DNA from: a virus
Taxonomy: Duplodnaviria > Caudoviricetes
DNA: 64,000 nucleotides
Strand: one strand, 5' to 3'
Virus record (IMG/VR): IMGVR_UViG_3300035208_006553
Coordinates: 44,380 to 108,379 of that record
The stretch's first letter is position 1. Every line of letters starts with the position of its first letter. Position numbers and translations under genes: made by a program. Shown here piece after piece: positions 29,767-40,641 of the stretch. Under the pieces are notes generated by a model that had not been told where the DNA came from, did not search any database, and saw only the letters and a program-made list of their open reading frames with translations.

Positions 29767-30678
29767 ATGACACGTATAGTTCCCCCATCGAGTGAAAATT
29801 ATAAAAGAAAATTACCAAATTGGATGAATCCAAAAGCAGTAATTGAAGCAAGTAAATCATTTATAGGTAAAGTAGCAAGTATGACAAAAGAAGCTTCTAA
29901 ACCAGAAGAGATTATAGCTTCTTACATCTGTCCTAATTGTAATAAATCTTTTCAATCGAGCCATACTGATTTTATTAAACAAGCTACCATAGCCAGTAAA
30001 AATAAAGTTGAATTTAAACCTACATGTCCTAATTGCGGTAAGGAAGTAATAGCTGATAAAAAGATACCTATTATGAATAGAGTTTCTAATCTTCAGACTC
30101 TTACTAACGAAAAGAGAGTTGATTTAAGAGACAGTCACAACCATTCAATTGGAGTGTCTTTAGGTAAGATTGGCAGTTTTAATAAAATTGCAGCTTTAGA
30201 AAAAGAAGCATCAGGTAAGGGCACTTACAATACATACGTAGATAGACATATAATGTATAGAGCTGTAGATGAATTAGGTAAGTATGCTCGTAAATCAGGT
30301 ATGACTAATGCAAGAGCTCGTTATTTAAGATCAGAACATGTAAAAGAAGCAGGTGCTGATATACAAACTCTTAATAATATAGAATGTGTATTAGAATGGG
30401 TATTTGGAAGAAATCAAAAAGGATACGCAACTTCAACTATTAGTATTGACAGCGGTGGTAAATTTGTATTTCCGACAATATTTAAAGTAGCTTCAGGTAA
30501 AGAGTTTCCTTTTACAGAGCGTTCTATAAGAAGTATCGAAAGAGAACCAGTGATGTTTAATTCATACCCTTCAAGAAAGAAATCAGATGTACCTACTTTT
30601 AAGAAAGTTGACCCTTCTAATTTTAGAGCGGCAAGTTTAGGTAAAGTTGGTGAATATAAAAACGAAAATGAAAAGTAA
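29767..30678 (+). CDS. Putative virion-associated protein with double Zn-ribbon
   Basis: CPNC...CPNC; multiple K-x-A-S motifs. Confidence 0.55.
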   Translation: MTRIVPPSSENYKRKLPNWMNPKAVIEASKSFIGKVASMTKEASKPEEIIASYICPNCNKSFQSSHTDFIKQATIASKNKVEFKPTCPNCGKEVIADKKIPIMNRVSNLQTLTNEKRVDLRDSHNHSIGVSLGKIGSFNKIAALEKEASGKGTYNTYVDRHIMYRAVDELGKYARKSGMTNARARYLRSEHVKEAGADIQTLNNIECVLEWVFGRNQKGYATSTISIDSGGKFVFPTIFKVASGKEFPFTERSIRSIEREPVMFNSYPSRKKSDVPTFKKVDPSNFRAASLGKVGEYKNENEK

Positions 30679-30900
30679 CTAGCGTCAAGTGTTTGCAGTT
30701 GAGAAAAAGCAATTTATTGTTTCAGTAAACTCTAATAAATTAGAAAATGTTGTATTAAGTAAAGCTACAGAATTAGGTTTAAGATTTATTGGCAGAGCAA
30801 TACAGAAAGGTTCTTTACCTGAGTTAATTTTTGAAGGTACTATAGAACAATTTAACCGTTTACGAGATTTTAAAGATAGTTATTATAAGAGATAAATAAA

Positions 30901-32421
30901 ATGGATCAACCGTTACAGTCAGTAATTCCTTCTTCAAATATTCAGACACCAAGAGTGTTTCAACCAAATCAACCAGTAATAAATCCTGCTGATGGAAAGA
31001 ATTACAATGTCAAACAACAAGTACCTGGTAAAGGAGTTACATTAACTGATCCTCTAACTCAGCAAGAAATGATGGTATCTGAAATAGACAGTCGTAATCT
31101 TCAACCAGCATTAAGAACATCAAAAAAGATTTCTGTTGAAGATCTTGCAAGAGAAATAGTAGCAGATTTAACAGGAGAAGAATTACCTATTATAGAAACA
31201 CCAGTTTACCAACCGGAGAAGAAAATGAGTACAGTTAAAAATCGGTGGATGGATACAAGACGTTTATTAAAGACTCAACGCGAGACACTTGCTAGTGAGC
31301 AGTCTGATCATCCTACTTATAATGAACATCGTCAGGTAAGAGCAATAAGAGAATTACATATAAATAAAGAAGGTGCTGTGTTTAATCCTTACAGGGGTAA
31401 AGCCGATGATACAGGTCATGATGAAAAGACAGGTCTTCCAATGTCAGAGACTAAAGAGATTGAGGTAGGAATGACAGAATTTCCATACGGAGTTGATAAA
31501 AACAAAGATCCTGAAGGGTATGCGGCTATGACGATGGAACAAATGGATGAAAAATTTGAAGAAGAACATAGTCATTTTAAAAATGAAAGAAAATTACCTC
31601 AGCAAACTATGATGCGTGAAGAAGATGATGATTACTTTACTGGTCAAGAAAGATTAAATAAAAGAAAGAAAGATGAGGCAGACGCTCCTAAACCTCGCTA
31701 CTCAGGTGAAGATGATGAAGAGTTAGCTAAATCTTTAGCTACTACAGCTGCCGATAGAGTAATGGGCGAACCTATAGGAGGAGAGCCAGAGACTACAGAG
31801 ACTAAAGAATTACCTGTTCAATTTAAAGACATACAGAAAGCACCAGGAAAGAGTATAGGTTATGAAGAACCTACTGTACTAGAAAATGCTAATCCTGATA
31901 TTAAGGCAGCAATAGAATTACTAAAAAATACTCAACAAGATATAGAAAGAATTCAAACTGACATTAAGAATAAGACTGAACCTCTTCAAAAAGCCATTAC
32001 AGACGCTACTTCTGGATTACAAATTGAACTAGCTAAGAATGCAGCTTTATTAAAAACTTGCTTTGATATGATACATACTGAATTAAATAAGACATCTGAT
32101 AAGGTAGCGGTAGTGGAAGATAGTATTTACGCAGCTATTGATAGAGAAAAGGCAGTAGCTCCTCCTGCAAGTTTAGCTCAAATCTTAAAAAAAGCTGACG
32201 AAACAGACGCTAAAGTAGCAGCTGAAATTCGTAAAATCAAAGCTCTTGTTGAATCTAGTACTACAGAAATGGTTTTAGAACAATTTGTTTATAAATATCC
32301 AATATCAGAAGTTCAAAAGAAGAAAGTGCAAGCAGCTTTAGAAGATGGAGATATTGAATCTATAGTTCAGGAGTTAATAGGTGCATTAAAGTCTTTGCAA
32401 GATACAAACGAGAGAATATAA
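30901..32421 (+). CDS. Hypothetical acidic / coiled-coil protein (putative structural)
   Basis: 506 aa ORF; C-terminal coiled coil; virion-block context. Confidence 0.55.
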   Translation: MDQPLQSVIPSSNIQTPRVFQPNQPVINPADGKNYNVKQQVPGKGVTLTDPLTQQEMMVSEIDSRNLQPALRTSKKISVEDLAREIVADLTGEELPIIETPVYQPEKKMSTVKNRWMDTRRLLKTQRETLASEQSDHPTYNEHRQVRAIRELHINKEGAVFNPYRGKADDTGHDEKTGLPMSETKEIEVGMTEFPYGVDKNKDPEGYAAMTMEQMDEKFEEEHSHFKNERKLPQQTMMREEDDDYFTGQERLNKRKKDEADAPKPRYSGEDDEELAKSLATTAADRVMGEPIGGEPETTETKELPVQFKDIQKAPGKSIGYEEPTVLENANPDIKAAIELLKNTQQDIERIQTDIKNKTEPLQKAITDATSGLQIELAKNAALLKTCFDMIHTELNKTSDKVAVVEDSIYAAIDREKAVAPPASLAQILKKADETDAKVAAEIRKIKALVESSTTEMVLEQFVYKYPISEVQKKKVQAALEDGDIESIVQELIGALKSLQDTNERI

Positions 32422-32843
32422 TGTTACAAACTTTAAGTTGGAACATACAATCTGAAAATGATGCTATGAAAGAGCATGTTAGAAATGGCGACTTTCGAGC
32501 GGAACATTTTAGTACAGAAGCACTTACAGATTTTAGAAATCTTTACAAGCAGTTATTTATTAACGATGATTACATGAATAATTTTGCAAGAGTGAGTAAT
32601 CAAGCAATAACAGCATGTAATTTGATATTAAATGTAGTAAAGAAATATTCAGAAGAAGTTAACGCTTTGGGAGAAGATACAGAAGAAGAATATTTTACAG
32701 ATTTATTAAAAAGGTTACAAGATGAAGATTATGATAAGATTACATTAGAAAGCCTTTGGGAAATACCTTCATTAGTTGAAATGTTTTTAGATAATATTGG
32801 AATAAGAGATATATTTCCAAATAATTTAGTGAAGCCATTTTAG
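32421..32843 (+). CDS. Hypothetical protein
   Basis: 140 aa; begins MLQTLSW like the LSW modules. Confidence 0.6.
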   Translation: MLQTLSWNIQSENDAMKEHVRNGDFRAEHFSTEALTDFRNLYKQLFINDDYMNNFARVSNQAITACNLILNVVKKYSEEVNALGEDTEEEYFTDLLKRLQDEDYDKITLESLWEIPSLVEMFLDNIGIRDIFPNNLVKPF

Positions 32844-32884
32844 AAATTAAATTAATAATTTAGCTCTTCAAAGAGGTTAGAATT

Positions 32885-33178
32885 ATGTTAGCACAAGTTG
32901 ATGTAGCAAAAGGTTTATTTGAAGGTTATGAAAAATTAGGAGTTATTTTTTTATTAATGGTAGCTGTAGTAGCTTTAATTTGGTATTTACTAAAGTTAAC
33001 AAAAGAGCATAAAACAGAAAGAGAAGGCATTAATAAAGATTGGCAAGGAGTGTTGCAGCAACACCATGAAGATATGAAAGAGATAATTAAAAACAATTCA
33101 GAAGCAATAAATAACAATTCTAATTTAGTTAGCAGTGTAAAGAGCCTGCTAGAATCTATTGACCGGAGGCTACCTTGA
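32885..33178 (+). CDS. Single-TM membrane protein with coiled coil, holin-like (BhlA/UviB type)
   Basis: One hydrophobic helix followed by an amphipathic coil. Confidence 0.5.
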   Translation: MLAQVDVAKGLFEGYEKLGVIFLLMVAVVALIWYLLKLTKEHKTEREGINKDWQGVLQQHHEDMKEIIKNNSEAINNNSNLVSSVKSLLESIDRRLP

Positions 33179-33450
33179 TTAGTGCAATTCTCTATTTACT
33201 CAGTTCAATTTCGTTTTTTGGAATTTCTTTTATTTTTTACAAGTCCCATAATGGACTTCTGCGGAAAATATTTATATCTATAACTGCAGTGGTAGGATGG
33301 GGTACTTTTATTAGATTTTTATCGTATCTTTTCCCTGGATTTATATCAGAAGAGATAGTTGTATTGTTTATTACAATTCCTTTTGTAGTAACAGGGTTAC
33401 CTAGTTTTATATTTTTATATTTGAAATATTATAAGAAACAACAATTATAA
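33175..33450 (+). CDS. Three-TM membrane protein
   Basis: Three hydrophobic segments, basic C-terminus. Confidence 0.55.
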   Translation: MISAILYLLSSISFFGISFIFYKSHNGLLRKIFISITAVVGWGTFIRFLSYLFPGFISEEIVVLFITIPFVVTGLPSFIFLYLKYYKKQQL

Positions 33451-33486
33451 AATTTTATGTATGTATTGAAATAATGATGAGAAATT

Positions 33487-34278
33487 ATGTCACTTATTGG
33501 TTTAACAAAGAGAAACTCAATGTGCAAGATTTGCACAGCTTTTGATGATGATGAAATTCTTACCGCAATTAATTTAGATATACTTTTAGGACGCAGAACT
33601 TACAAAGAAATTAGAGAACATTACACTCCTCTCATGCCTTCTCTTATTACTAGTCCTATAACTGATTCAAACATTAATAATCACAGACGTCATTGTGATC
33701 CTAAATTAATTGTAGATCAAACATTGAGAGAAAAGAATAAAGCTGTTACTGAGAGCGATTTTGCTGCAGTATTGTATGCTGAACGTTTTAATGAGGTTGT
33801 AGATAAAAAGAAAGTAATTGAATCTTTATATAAAAGTCGAATCAATACTGTTCAATTTTTAAGAGATTTATTAAAAGATAAACAAGATGATTATATTCAA
33901 TATAAAAAACAAATTAAGGAAGGAGATAAAGTTACAGTAGCTGTTGCTACGGGCAAGTCAAAATCTACTGAAAGTGATATTCGAAATTTAATCGATCAAA
34001 TTGATGATATCGAAGTAAGTATTCAACAAACAATATTGAAAGATTTTAGTGTAGAAAAAGGTCCTGGAAATACTTATATTAATCAAAATTTTGTCAATGT
34101 ATTTGAAAATTCATTAAAAGGATTTATGACCGAGGCTATTCCTTATTTGTTATATAGTGTATTTCAAAACGATATAGAAAAAGGTAAAGAAGTAATTGCT
34201 CAATTATCTTCATATATGGATAAACACCTCACCCCTACTCTCAAACAAGTTAATCAATCGAAAAGTTTATTAAATTGA
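33487..34278 (+). CDS. Putative terminase small subunit
   Basis: CxxC...HxxH N-terminal helical domain plus coiled coil; upstream of terL. Confidence 0.5.
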   Translation: MSLIGLTKRNSMCKICTAFDDDEILTAINLDILLGRRTYKEIREHYTPLMPSLITSPITDSNINNHRRHCDPKLIVDQTLREKNKAVTESDFAAVLYAERFNEVVDKKKVIESLYKSRINTVQFLRDLLKDKQDDYIQYKKQIKEGDKVTVAVATGKSKSTESDIRNLIDQIDDIEVSIQQTILKDFSVEKGPGNTYINQNFVNVFENSLKGFMTEAIPYLLYSVFQNDIEKGKEVIAQLSSYMDKHLTPTLKQVNQSKSLLN

Positions 34279-35057
34279 TAGACTGGAGACAAATATTAAG
34301 CTGGCAAGTAGAGACTAACGAATTTTACGAATTAGAAAGATTACTCAATAATAAACATTACTCTTATCATCTAGAAGGAAATACATTTATTATTGATCAT
34401 GAAGGATATGTATATCTTCCTTTTCTTACATCTCTACCTAATAATGTACAATTTAATAACAGAGGATATGTATATCTTTATTATCTTACATCTTTACCTA
34501 ATAACATACAATTTAATAATAGAGGAGATGTAGATCTTAATTCTCTTACATCTCTTCCAGATAACATACAATTTAATAACAGAGGAAATGTATATCTTAA
34601 TTCTCTTACCTCTCTACCTAATAATGTACAATTTAATAATAGAGGATATGTAAATCTTGCTTCTCTTTTATCTTTACCTAATAACAAATATGATATATTT
34701 AAAAACGATGGAGTAATTTCTTATAATCACCGTAACTCTCAATTTAATCCTAAAGATAGAGAAAAATTGAGTTGGAAAGAAGTTGAATGGTCAGATCTTA
34801 AAGGTTGGTTAGTAAAAGATACTACAGGAGGTCGTCCTTATTGGGCTGAAGAAGATTATAAAGGAGAAGTGTATTATCTTGTAATTAGTGTAAGTGAGCT
34901 ACCAAATAAAAATTTAGATAAGTTTAATATGATTGCACTTCAAGGATCTAGTCAAGATGGTGTAATTAATGAATATGAACAAGGTGCAAAATTTACAGAA
35001 CCCTATTGGGTATATAAAGATTTACGAAATATAATACCTATACGAAAAATATTTTAA
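34275..35057 (+). CDS. LRR module plus GWxV module protein, between putative terS and terL
   Basis: Contains LRR copy 1 then WKEVEWSDLKGWLVK...PIRKIF. Confidence 0.8.
   Translation: MIDWRQILSWQVETNEFYELERLLNNKHYSYHLEGNTFIIDHEGYVYLPFLTSLPNNVQFNNRGYVYLYYLTSLPNNIQFNNRGDVDLNSLTSLPDNIQFNNRGNVYLNSLTSLPNNVQFNNRGYVNLASLLSLPNNKYDIFKNDGVISYNHRNSQFNPKDREKLSWKEVEWSDLKGWLVKDTTGGRPYWAEEDYKGEVYYLVISVSELPNKNLDKFNMIALQGSSQDGVINEYEQGAKFTEPYWVYKDLRNIIPIRKIF
34302..34775 (+). repeat. LRR module copy 1 (5 x 60 bp repeats)
   Basis: TGGCAAGTAGAGACTAACGAATTTTAC...CCTAAAGATAGAGAAAAATTGAGTTGG. Confidence 0.97.
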
Positions 35058-35074
35058 TTATATAAATTGATATC

Positions 35075-36988
35075 ATGCCTACAAATTTTAGTGAATACGC
35101 CCAGCAAATAGTACAGACTGCAGAAGTAAATTTTAAGCCTCTTAAAGAAGTAGATGCTATAACTTTTCTCACCTCGTCCGATTATCAAAATGAAGACCTT
35201 TTACCTGTACAGAGAGTTATTACAAAGACTCTTTACAGATTGTGGTCATTATATCCTCCTGATAGAGATGAACAAGTTATATTAAATATATTGAGAGATG
35301 AGTGGGGTGTAACATTAGATTTAGCAAGAAAAGATCCTGTAAAGTTTTTAGTATTAATACTCGGAAGAAGATCCTCGAAATCAACGAGTATTAGCTTTAT
35401 AGCTACTTATGAAGCTTATTCATTAATTTGTAAAGATAATCCTCAAGCCTATTACGGAATACGAGATCGTCATCCTATTCATATCATGCACGTTGCATCT
35501 GCTGGAGATCAAGCTGAAGATGTATTTTCTCTTACTAAAGATAATATAAGAAAAGTATCTTTTTTTAGACCTTACATCGATTTTGATAAAGATAGCGGTA
35601 CGGAATTAAGATTATTTACACCTTACGATTTAAGAAAGAATGATGAAATAAGATTTAAAAATAACCAAATTACAAGAGGAGCTGGAGTACAAAAAGAATC
35701 TACTCTACCGGGATCTATTACTATAGAATCTGTAACCACATCAGCTGCAAGTCATCGTGGAAAAGCAATTAAAGCATTAATGCTTTCTGAGTTTGCTCAT
35801 TTTGAAAGAGCTAAATCAGGAGGTAATAAAGATGATAACGTATTTTCTGAAAATAATAAAACAGACTATGCTATTTGGAAAGCATTTACTCCTTCAGTAA
35901 AAGATTTTAAAGATGATGGAATAGTATTAGTTGAAACATCTCCTAAAGAAAAAGGAGGAGAAGCTTACAATCAATACTGTATAGCCGGAGGTATAGAACA
36001 GGAAAATGTAGATAATATTGTAGCTGATTCTCAATACCAATTAATTCAATTATCTACCTGGCAGGCTCGTTTTACTGAATATGTTTATGAAGATTTTGAA
36101 CCAGATTTTAGAAATGACCCTGTTGGAGCTAATATGGAGTATGGAGCTCATTTCGGTAATCCAGTAGGGTCTTTTATTCCAGAAGAGTGGATTGAGAGAG
36201 TACCTCAACCCATGGTTAATATTAATTTTAATAATATACATCTCCAGAAATATATTATTTCAATTGATCCTGGAGGGAAAGCAAAGAAGAAAAAAGCAGA
36301 TACTTATATAGTAACATGGGGTCATGCCGAGGGAGATCTTCAAGGTCAATACGTTCAAGAAGGAGAAAAAGTAGTATATTGGATTGATGGAATAGAAGGA
36401 TGGGATGCTAAAATTCAATCTCTTGGTAATGGTAAGTATGATATTATACCAGTTAATCCAAATTTAGTATTAGATTTTGTGTTAAATTTAGTAGATAGTT
36501 TAGGTAGAAATTATGTAGCAGAGATTGCATACGATCAATTTGATTCTTCTAGTCCTATTGCAACTCTTCAAGGATTAGGATTACCTGCTGTAGAAACAAC
36601 ATTTACTAATCCTTATAAAAGTGCTATGTACGGTAATTATTTATCAAAGTTAAGCACTAATCAAGTTAGAATGTATGGAGTGGATGAAAAAGGATGGGTT
36701 AATAGGTGGAAATTGGAAATGAAACATTTACAAAGAAAAACTCAAGGTAATGTTACATTCTATACTCATCCAACATCTGGACCTGTTCAGCACGATGATA
36801 CAGTTACATCTACTTCAAATTTAGTACATCGATTGTGTTTAATTACAACTCCTACAAATAAGAGTATTCAACAAGCTCATAAACAAGGTACTACTCCTAT
36901 TCAGGTTAGAAAAGGTCCGTTGCCAGTAAGAGGACCTGCATTTGGAGGTGGAAGGATAAGTTTAACAGGGTCTAGACGTTACAATTAA
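35075..36988 (+). CDS. terL: Terminase large subunit
   Basis: Adenine-binding LLPVQ, Walker A LGRRSSKS, Walker B-like LMLSEFAH, motif III ETSP, RNase H ISIDPG, YDQF, HDD. Confidence 0.85.
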   Translation: MPTNFSEYAQQIVQTAEVNFKPLKEVDAITFLTSSDYQNEDLLPVQRVITKTLYRLWSLYPPDRDEQVILNILRDEWGVTLDLARKDPVKFLVLILGRRSSKSTSISFIATYEAYSLICKDNPQAYYGIRDRHPIHIMHVASAGDQAEDVFSLTKDNIRKVSFFRPYIDFDKDSGTELRLFTPYDLRKNDEIRFKNNQITRGAGVQKESTLPGSITIESVTTSAASHRGKAIKALMLSEFAHFERAKSGGNKDDNVFSENNKTDYAIWKAFTPSVKDFKDDGIVLVETSPKEKGGEAYNQYCIAGGIEQENVDNIVADSQYQLIQLSTWQARFTEYVYEDFEPDFRNDPVGANMEYGAHFGNPVGSFIPEEWIERVPQPMVNINFNNIHLQKYIISIDPGGKAKKKKADTYIVTWGHAEGDLQGQYVQEGEKVVYWIDGIEGWDAKIQSLGNGKYDIIPVNPNLVLDFVLNLVDSLGRNYVAEIAYDQFDSSSPIATLQGLGLPAVETTFTNPYKSAMYGNYLSKLSTNQVRMYGVDEKGWVNRWKLEMKHLQRKTQGNVTFYTHPTSGPVQHDDTVTSTSNLVHRLCLITTPTNKSIQQAHKQGTTPIQVRKGPLPVRGPAFGGGRISLTGSRRYN

Positions 36989-36997
36989 TGTATGATA
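36986..36997 (+). promoter_or_regulatory. Putative phage promoter (TAATGTATGATA variant)
   Basis: One mismatch to motif; upstream of AAGGAG and ORF 37025. Confidence 0.5.
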
Positions 36998-37596
36998 TAA
37001 GTAAAATAAAAGGAGTAAATTTAGATGTCTATAAATGGTTTATTTTTACTTATGCTAATTACTGGCATTGTTTTGATAAAAATTGTAGTAGGTTGGAAAG
37101 AAAAAGCTGATTTATGGGATCAAAGAGTTGGAATAAAAAAAGATGAATTACACGTACCTAATTATCAAGAATTGATGAGTACAAAAAAATATTTACAATT
37201 TAAAGCACGTATGGATTATTTTTTTATTTCTGCATCATCTTTTATTAATTGGTGTAGTCAAAGAATATCACAAATAAAATGTTTAATAGTAGAAGAAAAG
37301 AGACAATACTAGAAATTACTTATATTTTTAGTTAATATAAGGAGAGTAATATTATGAAACACCCATCTGCTTGTAGTAAAAGTAACAATCTTAATTTACT
37401 TAATGATATTAACCCTTCTCACCGGCCGGTCGATTGTACAGAATCGCAAACTTTACTTTTTAATGATACTGAACTGGAAAATTGTACAGTAATACCTAAA
37501 AGTGTATATGAAATATATGATGAATGGGATAGGTATTTTAAACCTATAATAGGTGAATCATCAAGTAGAGAAAGAAGATTACAAATGCAAATTAGT

Positions 37597-37608
37597 TAAT
37601 GTATAATA
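37597..37608 (+). promoter_or_regulatory. Putative phage promoter TAATGTATAATA
   Basis: Exact motif; upstream of ORF 37643. Confidence 0.65.
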
Positions 37609-37955
37609 AATTGTAAAATATAAATAATATAAAGGAGATTTTATGAAAGAGAAATCTTTAACAGGAGCTGTTGTGCGTGTTAAAATGAGAGAATTAAAAG
37701 CATTGAGTGATAAACATGGCTGGAATAATTATAATATGTATAAGCAATTTCAATTAACTAAAGGTAAGAAACATGATTTAATTTTAACTCTTGGAGAAAA
37801 GGGAAACAGTTCAGTATTTTCACCAGCAAGTCATAGAGGAGAAGGGGTTTATTATCAAGTTGATCTTGGAAGAAAATTAGGTGTGGTATATGATTCTTGG
37901 TATATACCAACATCGGTATTTGTGGTGAAAAAAGAGAGAAAATAAAAGGTATAAA

Positions 37956-38354
37956 TTGACTAATCGATTAAAAACTCTTCAGGTTCAAAAGTCTCAACTA
38001 GAATTAGAAATAGCAAACATAAATAAAGAGCTTAAAGAATTAAGTATTGTGAAGTTAGAAAAAGTAAATAAAGTAAAAAGTATACAAAAAGAAATAATTG
38101 AAATTACTGCTGATATTACTATATCAGAGCATGCTGTATTAAGATTTTTAGAAAGAGTAAGAGGTGAAGATTTAGAAAGTATTAAACAGCAAATATTAAG
38201 TGAAGATTTAAAAAAACAAATTCAAGTATTAGGTGATGGCACCTATCCTGTTAAAGATTTTAAAGTATTAGTGAGAAACAATATTATTGTTACGGTAACA
38301 ACGAACGGTACAGAAATTAACAGTAAATATAAGGTGCATAATGAAGAGTGTTAA
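37956..38354 (+). CDS. Hypothetical protein (coiled coil plus ISEHAVLRFLER small RNase-like domain)
   Basis: Motif pattern only. Confidence 0.45.
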   Translation: MTNRLKTLQVQKSQLELEIANINKELKELSIVKLEKVNKVKSIQKEIIEITADITISEHAVLRFLERVRGEDLESIKQQILSEDLKKQIQVLGDGTYPVKDFKVLVRNNIIVTVTTNGTEINSKYKVHNEEC

Positions 38355-38627
38355 TGAAGTAATTCAAGATACTTTGAAAAATTTATACCAACCTAATCTC
38401 GATTCTGAAGTAAGCCAAATCAGTACAGCACAGCATATAGTAGACAATTTACAAAAAGAAGGTTATGTAATATTACGAAAACAAAACTTTTTACAGTATT
38501 ATTGTAGTAATGAAGTTAAAAATAGTTTAAATCCCCTTCCTGACAACTACCAAATAGACAATTAATATTTATTTTAAATTTAAATTAAATAGAGATACAA
38601 TAAAGATTTACATATGTATCGTTTATG

Positions 38628-38639
38628 TAATGTATAATA
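38628..38639 (+). promoter_or_regulatory. Putative phage promoter TAATGTATAATA
   Basis: Exact motif heading the J-domain/vWA/PurA operon. Confidence 0.65.
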
Positions 38640-38802
38640 TTAGTATGTCAACAAACAAAGGAGTAAACAATATGGGAGCAGTAGAACAAGAAGTACCGGA
38701 AAAAGTAGAAACTGAACAATCGGTAGTAACTGAAGAAAGATCACAAAGTGCAGAATCAGAAGTATCTTCTGTTAAAGAAAAAGAAGAGGTAAAAGAGTAA
38801 CA

Positions 38803-39684
38803 ATGACAGGTCAGCAAGTTATTGATACTGTTATTAAAGCTAATTCTTATTTGGATGTATTTTCTAATATAGAAGATTGGAAAAATGATTTTAATTCTTT
38901 TATACAGATGATACATCCAGATAAATGTCATCTTCAACATGCGCAATATGCTTCAGCTAAATTATTAGAATTTAGAAAGGCATTAGAAAACGGTGTTGAC
39001 TTTAATGATGATGCAGGATTAGTAACTTACTTTCCGAAGTGTTGTATTTTTAAAGGAAAAGAAGACTTATTAAAACTTTCATTAAAAAATTATAATAAAC
39101 TTATATCTTTCAATAATAAAAAAGATTTACATTTTCATAAATATTTACCTAACTCGTTAGAGTTAAAAAATAAGCAGTTGGTAACAAATTTTGAAGAAAG
39201 AGCTCTTCCTTTATCATCTATTAAAAAATTACCTCAAGAACATGTTAATTGGGTGTTAAGTCGATTACTTGAAATATCAACTTGGTTTGACAGTCACCAA
39301 ATTTATCATGGAGGTATTAATTTAGATTCTATTTTTATTGTACCTAAAACTCACGGAATCATTGTAACATCTTTTTATCATTTAACTGAAATAGATAAAA
39401 TAGTAAAGACTATATCTGGAAAGTATAAACTATTTTACCCTAATGTTTTGTTTACCACAAAAAAAGCTTCTTCTTTTATTGATATTGAATTGTCAAAAAG
39501 AGTAGCTGCTTATTTATTAGGAGATGTATCTGGTAATGGAGCAGGTTTAAGAAAAATATGCAATGAAGATTTTATTAATTTTTTGTTGAAGTATGATGTA
39601 AGGTCATCATTTGATATAATCAAAGATTATAGAGAATTGTTAAAAAGAAATTTTGAAACAAAATTTTATCACTTAAATATATAA
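38803..39684 (+). CDS. J-domain-like (HPD) plus degenerate protein-kinase-like domain
   Basis: MIHPDK; HVNWVLSRLLE...IYHGGINLDSIFI..KTHG resembles a kinase catalytic loop without the Asp. Confidence 0.6.
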   Translation: MTGQQVIDTVIKANSYLDVFSNIEDWKNDFNSFIQMIHPDKCHLQHAQYASAKLLEFRKALENGVDFNDDAGLVTYFPKCCIFKGKEDLLKLSLKNYNKLISFNNKKDLHFHKYLPNSLELKNKQLVTNFEERALPLSSIKKLPQEHVNWVLSRLLEISTWFDSHQIYHGGINLDSIFIVPKTHGIIVTSFYHLTEIDKIVKTISGKYKLFYPNVLFTTKKASSFIDIELSKRVAAYLLGDVSGNGAGLRKICNEDFINFLLKYDVRSSFDIIKDYRELLKRNFETKFYHLNI

Positions 39685-39696
39685 GGAGAATTAATT

Positions 39697-40620
39697 ATGG
39701 GTAGTACAAGTTGGTCAAGTAGTGCATATGACAGTTTTAAATCAAGTTATAAGTCAAAAAGTACTGATGATATTTTTACACATAACAAAACAAAAGACAT
39801 TTCTTCTGAAATGGATCCTAAAGGTTTAAAATTTAGAGAAGCTAGAGATAGCGATACACATCCTCAAACTGTAGCAATAGGTATTTTCTTAGATGAAACT
39901 GGAAGTATGGGAGCAATACCTGAAATGATTGTTAGAGAAAAGTTACGTAATTTAATGGAAACTTTAATCACGCACGGCATTAAGGATGCTGCAGTATTAT
40001 TTGGAGGTATTGGAGACCATATAGGACCTGATCAATACCCTCTTCAAGTAGGTCAATTTGAATCAGGTACGGAAGAGTTAAACAAATGGCTTACCGATAT
40101 TTACTTAGAAGGAATGGGCGGTGGTCAAAATAGAGAATCTTATTTGCTTGCATGGTTAATTGCAGGGCGTCACACATCGATTGATTGCTTTGAAAAAAGA
40201 GGTCAGAAAGGTTTTCTATTTACAATAGGCGATGAAGCTAGTTGGAATAAAATAAAAGCAAGTAGATTACAACAATTGTTAGGTTATTCTCAAGCTGAAG
40301 ATGTAACAGATGTTCAATTACTTGCTGAAGCTCAGCGTATGTATCACGTTTTTCACATTCACATTCAAGAAGGTAGTTACAAAAACGATCCTCAAATATT
40401 AAAATACTGGAAAGATTTACTTAAAGAGAGATTAATTGTATTGGAAGATTATACCAAGATTTCTGAAGTGATTGCGTCAACCGTAGCTGTTATTTCAGGA
40501 GCTGATATGGAAAAAGTACTTGATTCTTTTGATAGTAAGACTTCTCTTGTAGTACGTAATTCAATTGTTAACGCTATTAAAGTTGAAAATGGAGCAGTTG
40601 AGGGTATTATAAATCTATAA
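39697..40620 (+). CDS. vWA-domain protein
   Basis: MIDAS-like DETGSMG, GIGD, GGGQ.RESY, FTIGDE. Confidence 0.8.
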   Translation: MGSTSWSSSAYDSFKSSYKSKSTDDIFTHNKTKDISSEMDPKGLKFREARDSDTHPQTVAIGIFLDETGSMGAIPEMIVREKLRNLMETLITHGIKDAAVLFGGIGDHIGPDQYPLQVGQFESGTEELNKWLTDIYLEGMGGGQNRESYLLAWLIAGRHTSIDCFEKRGQKGFLFTIGDEASWNKIKASRLQQLLGYSQAEDVTDVQLLAEAQRMYHVFHIHIQEGSYKNDPQILKYWKDLLKERLIVLEDYTKISEVIASTVAVISGADMEKVLDSFDSKTSLVVRNSIVNAIKVENGAVEGIINL

Positions 40621-40641
40621 AAATTATGTTAAAGGAAAATA

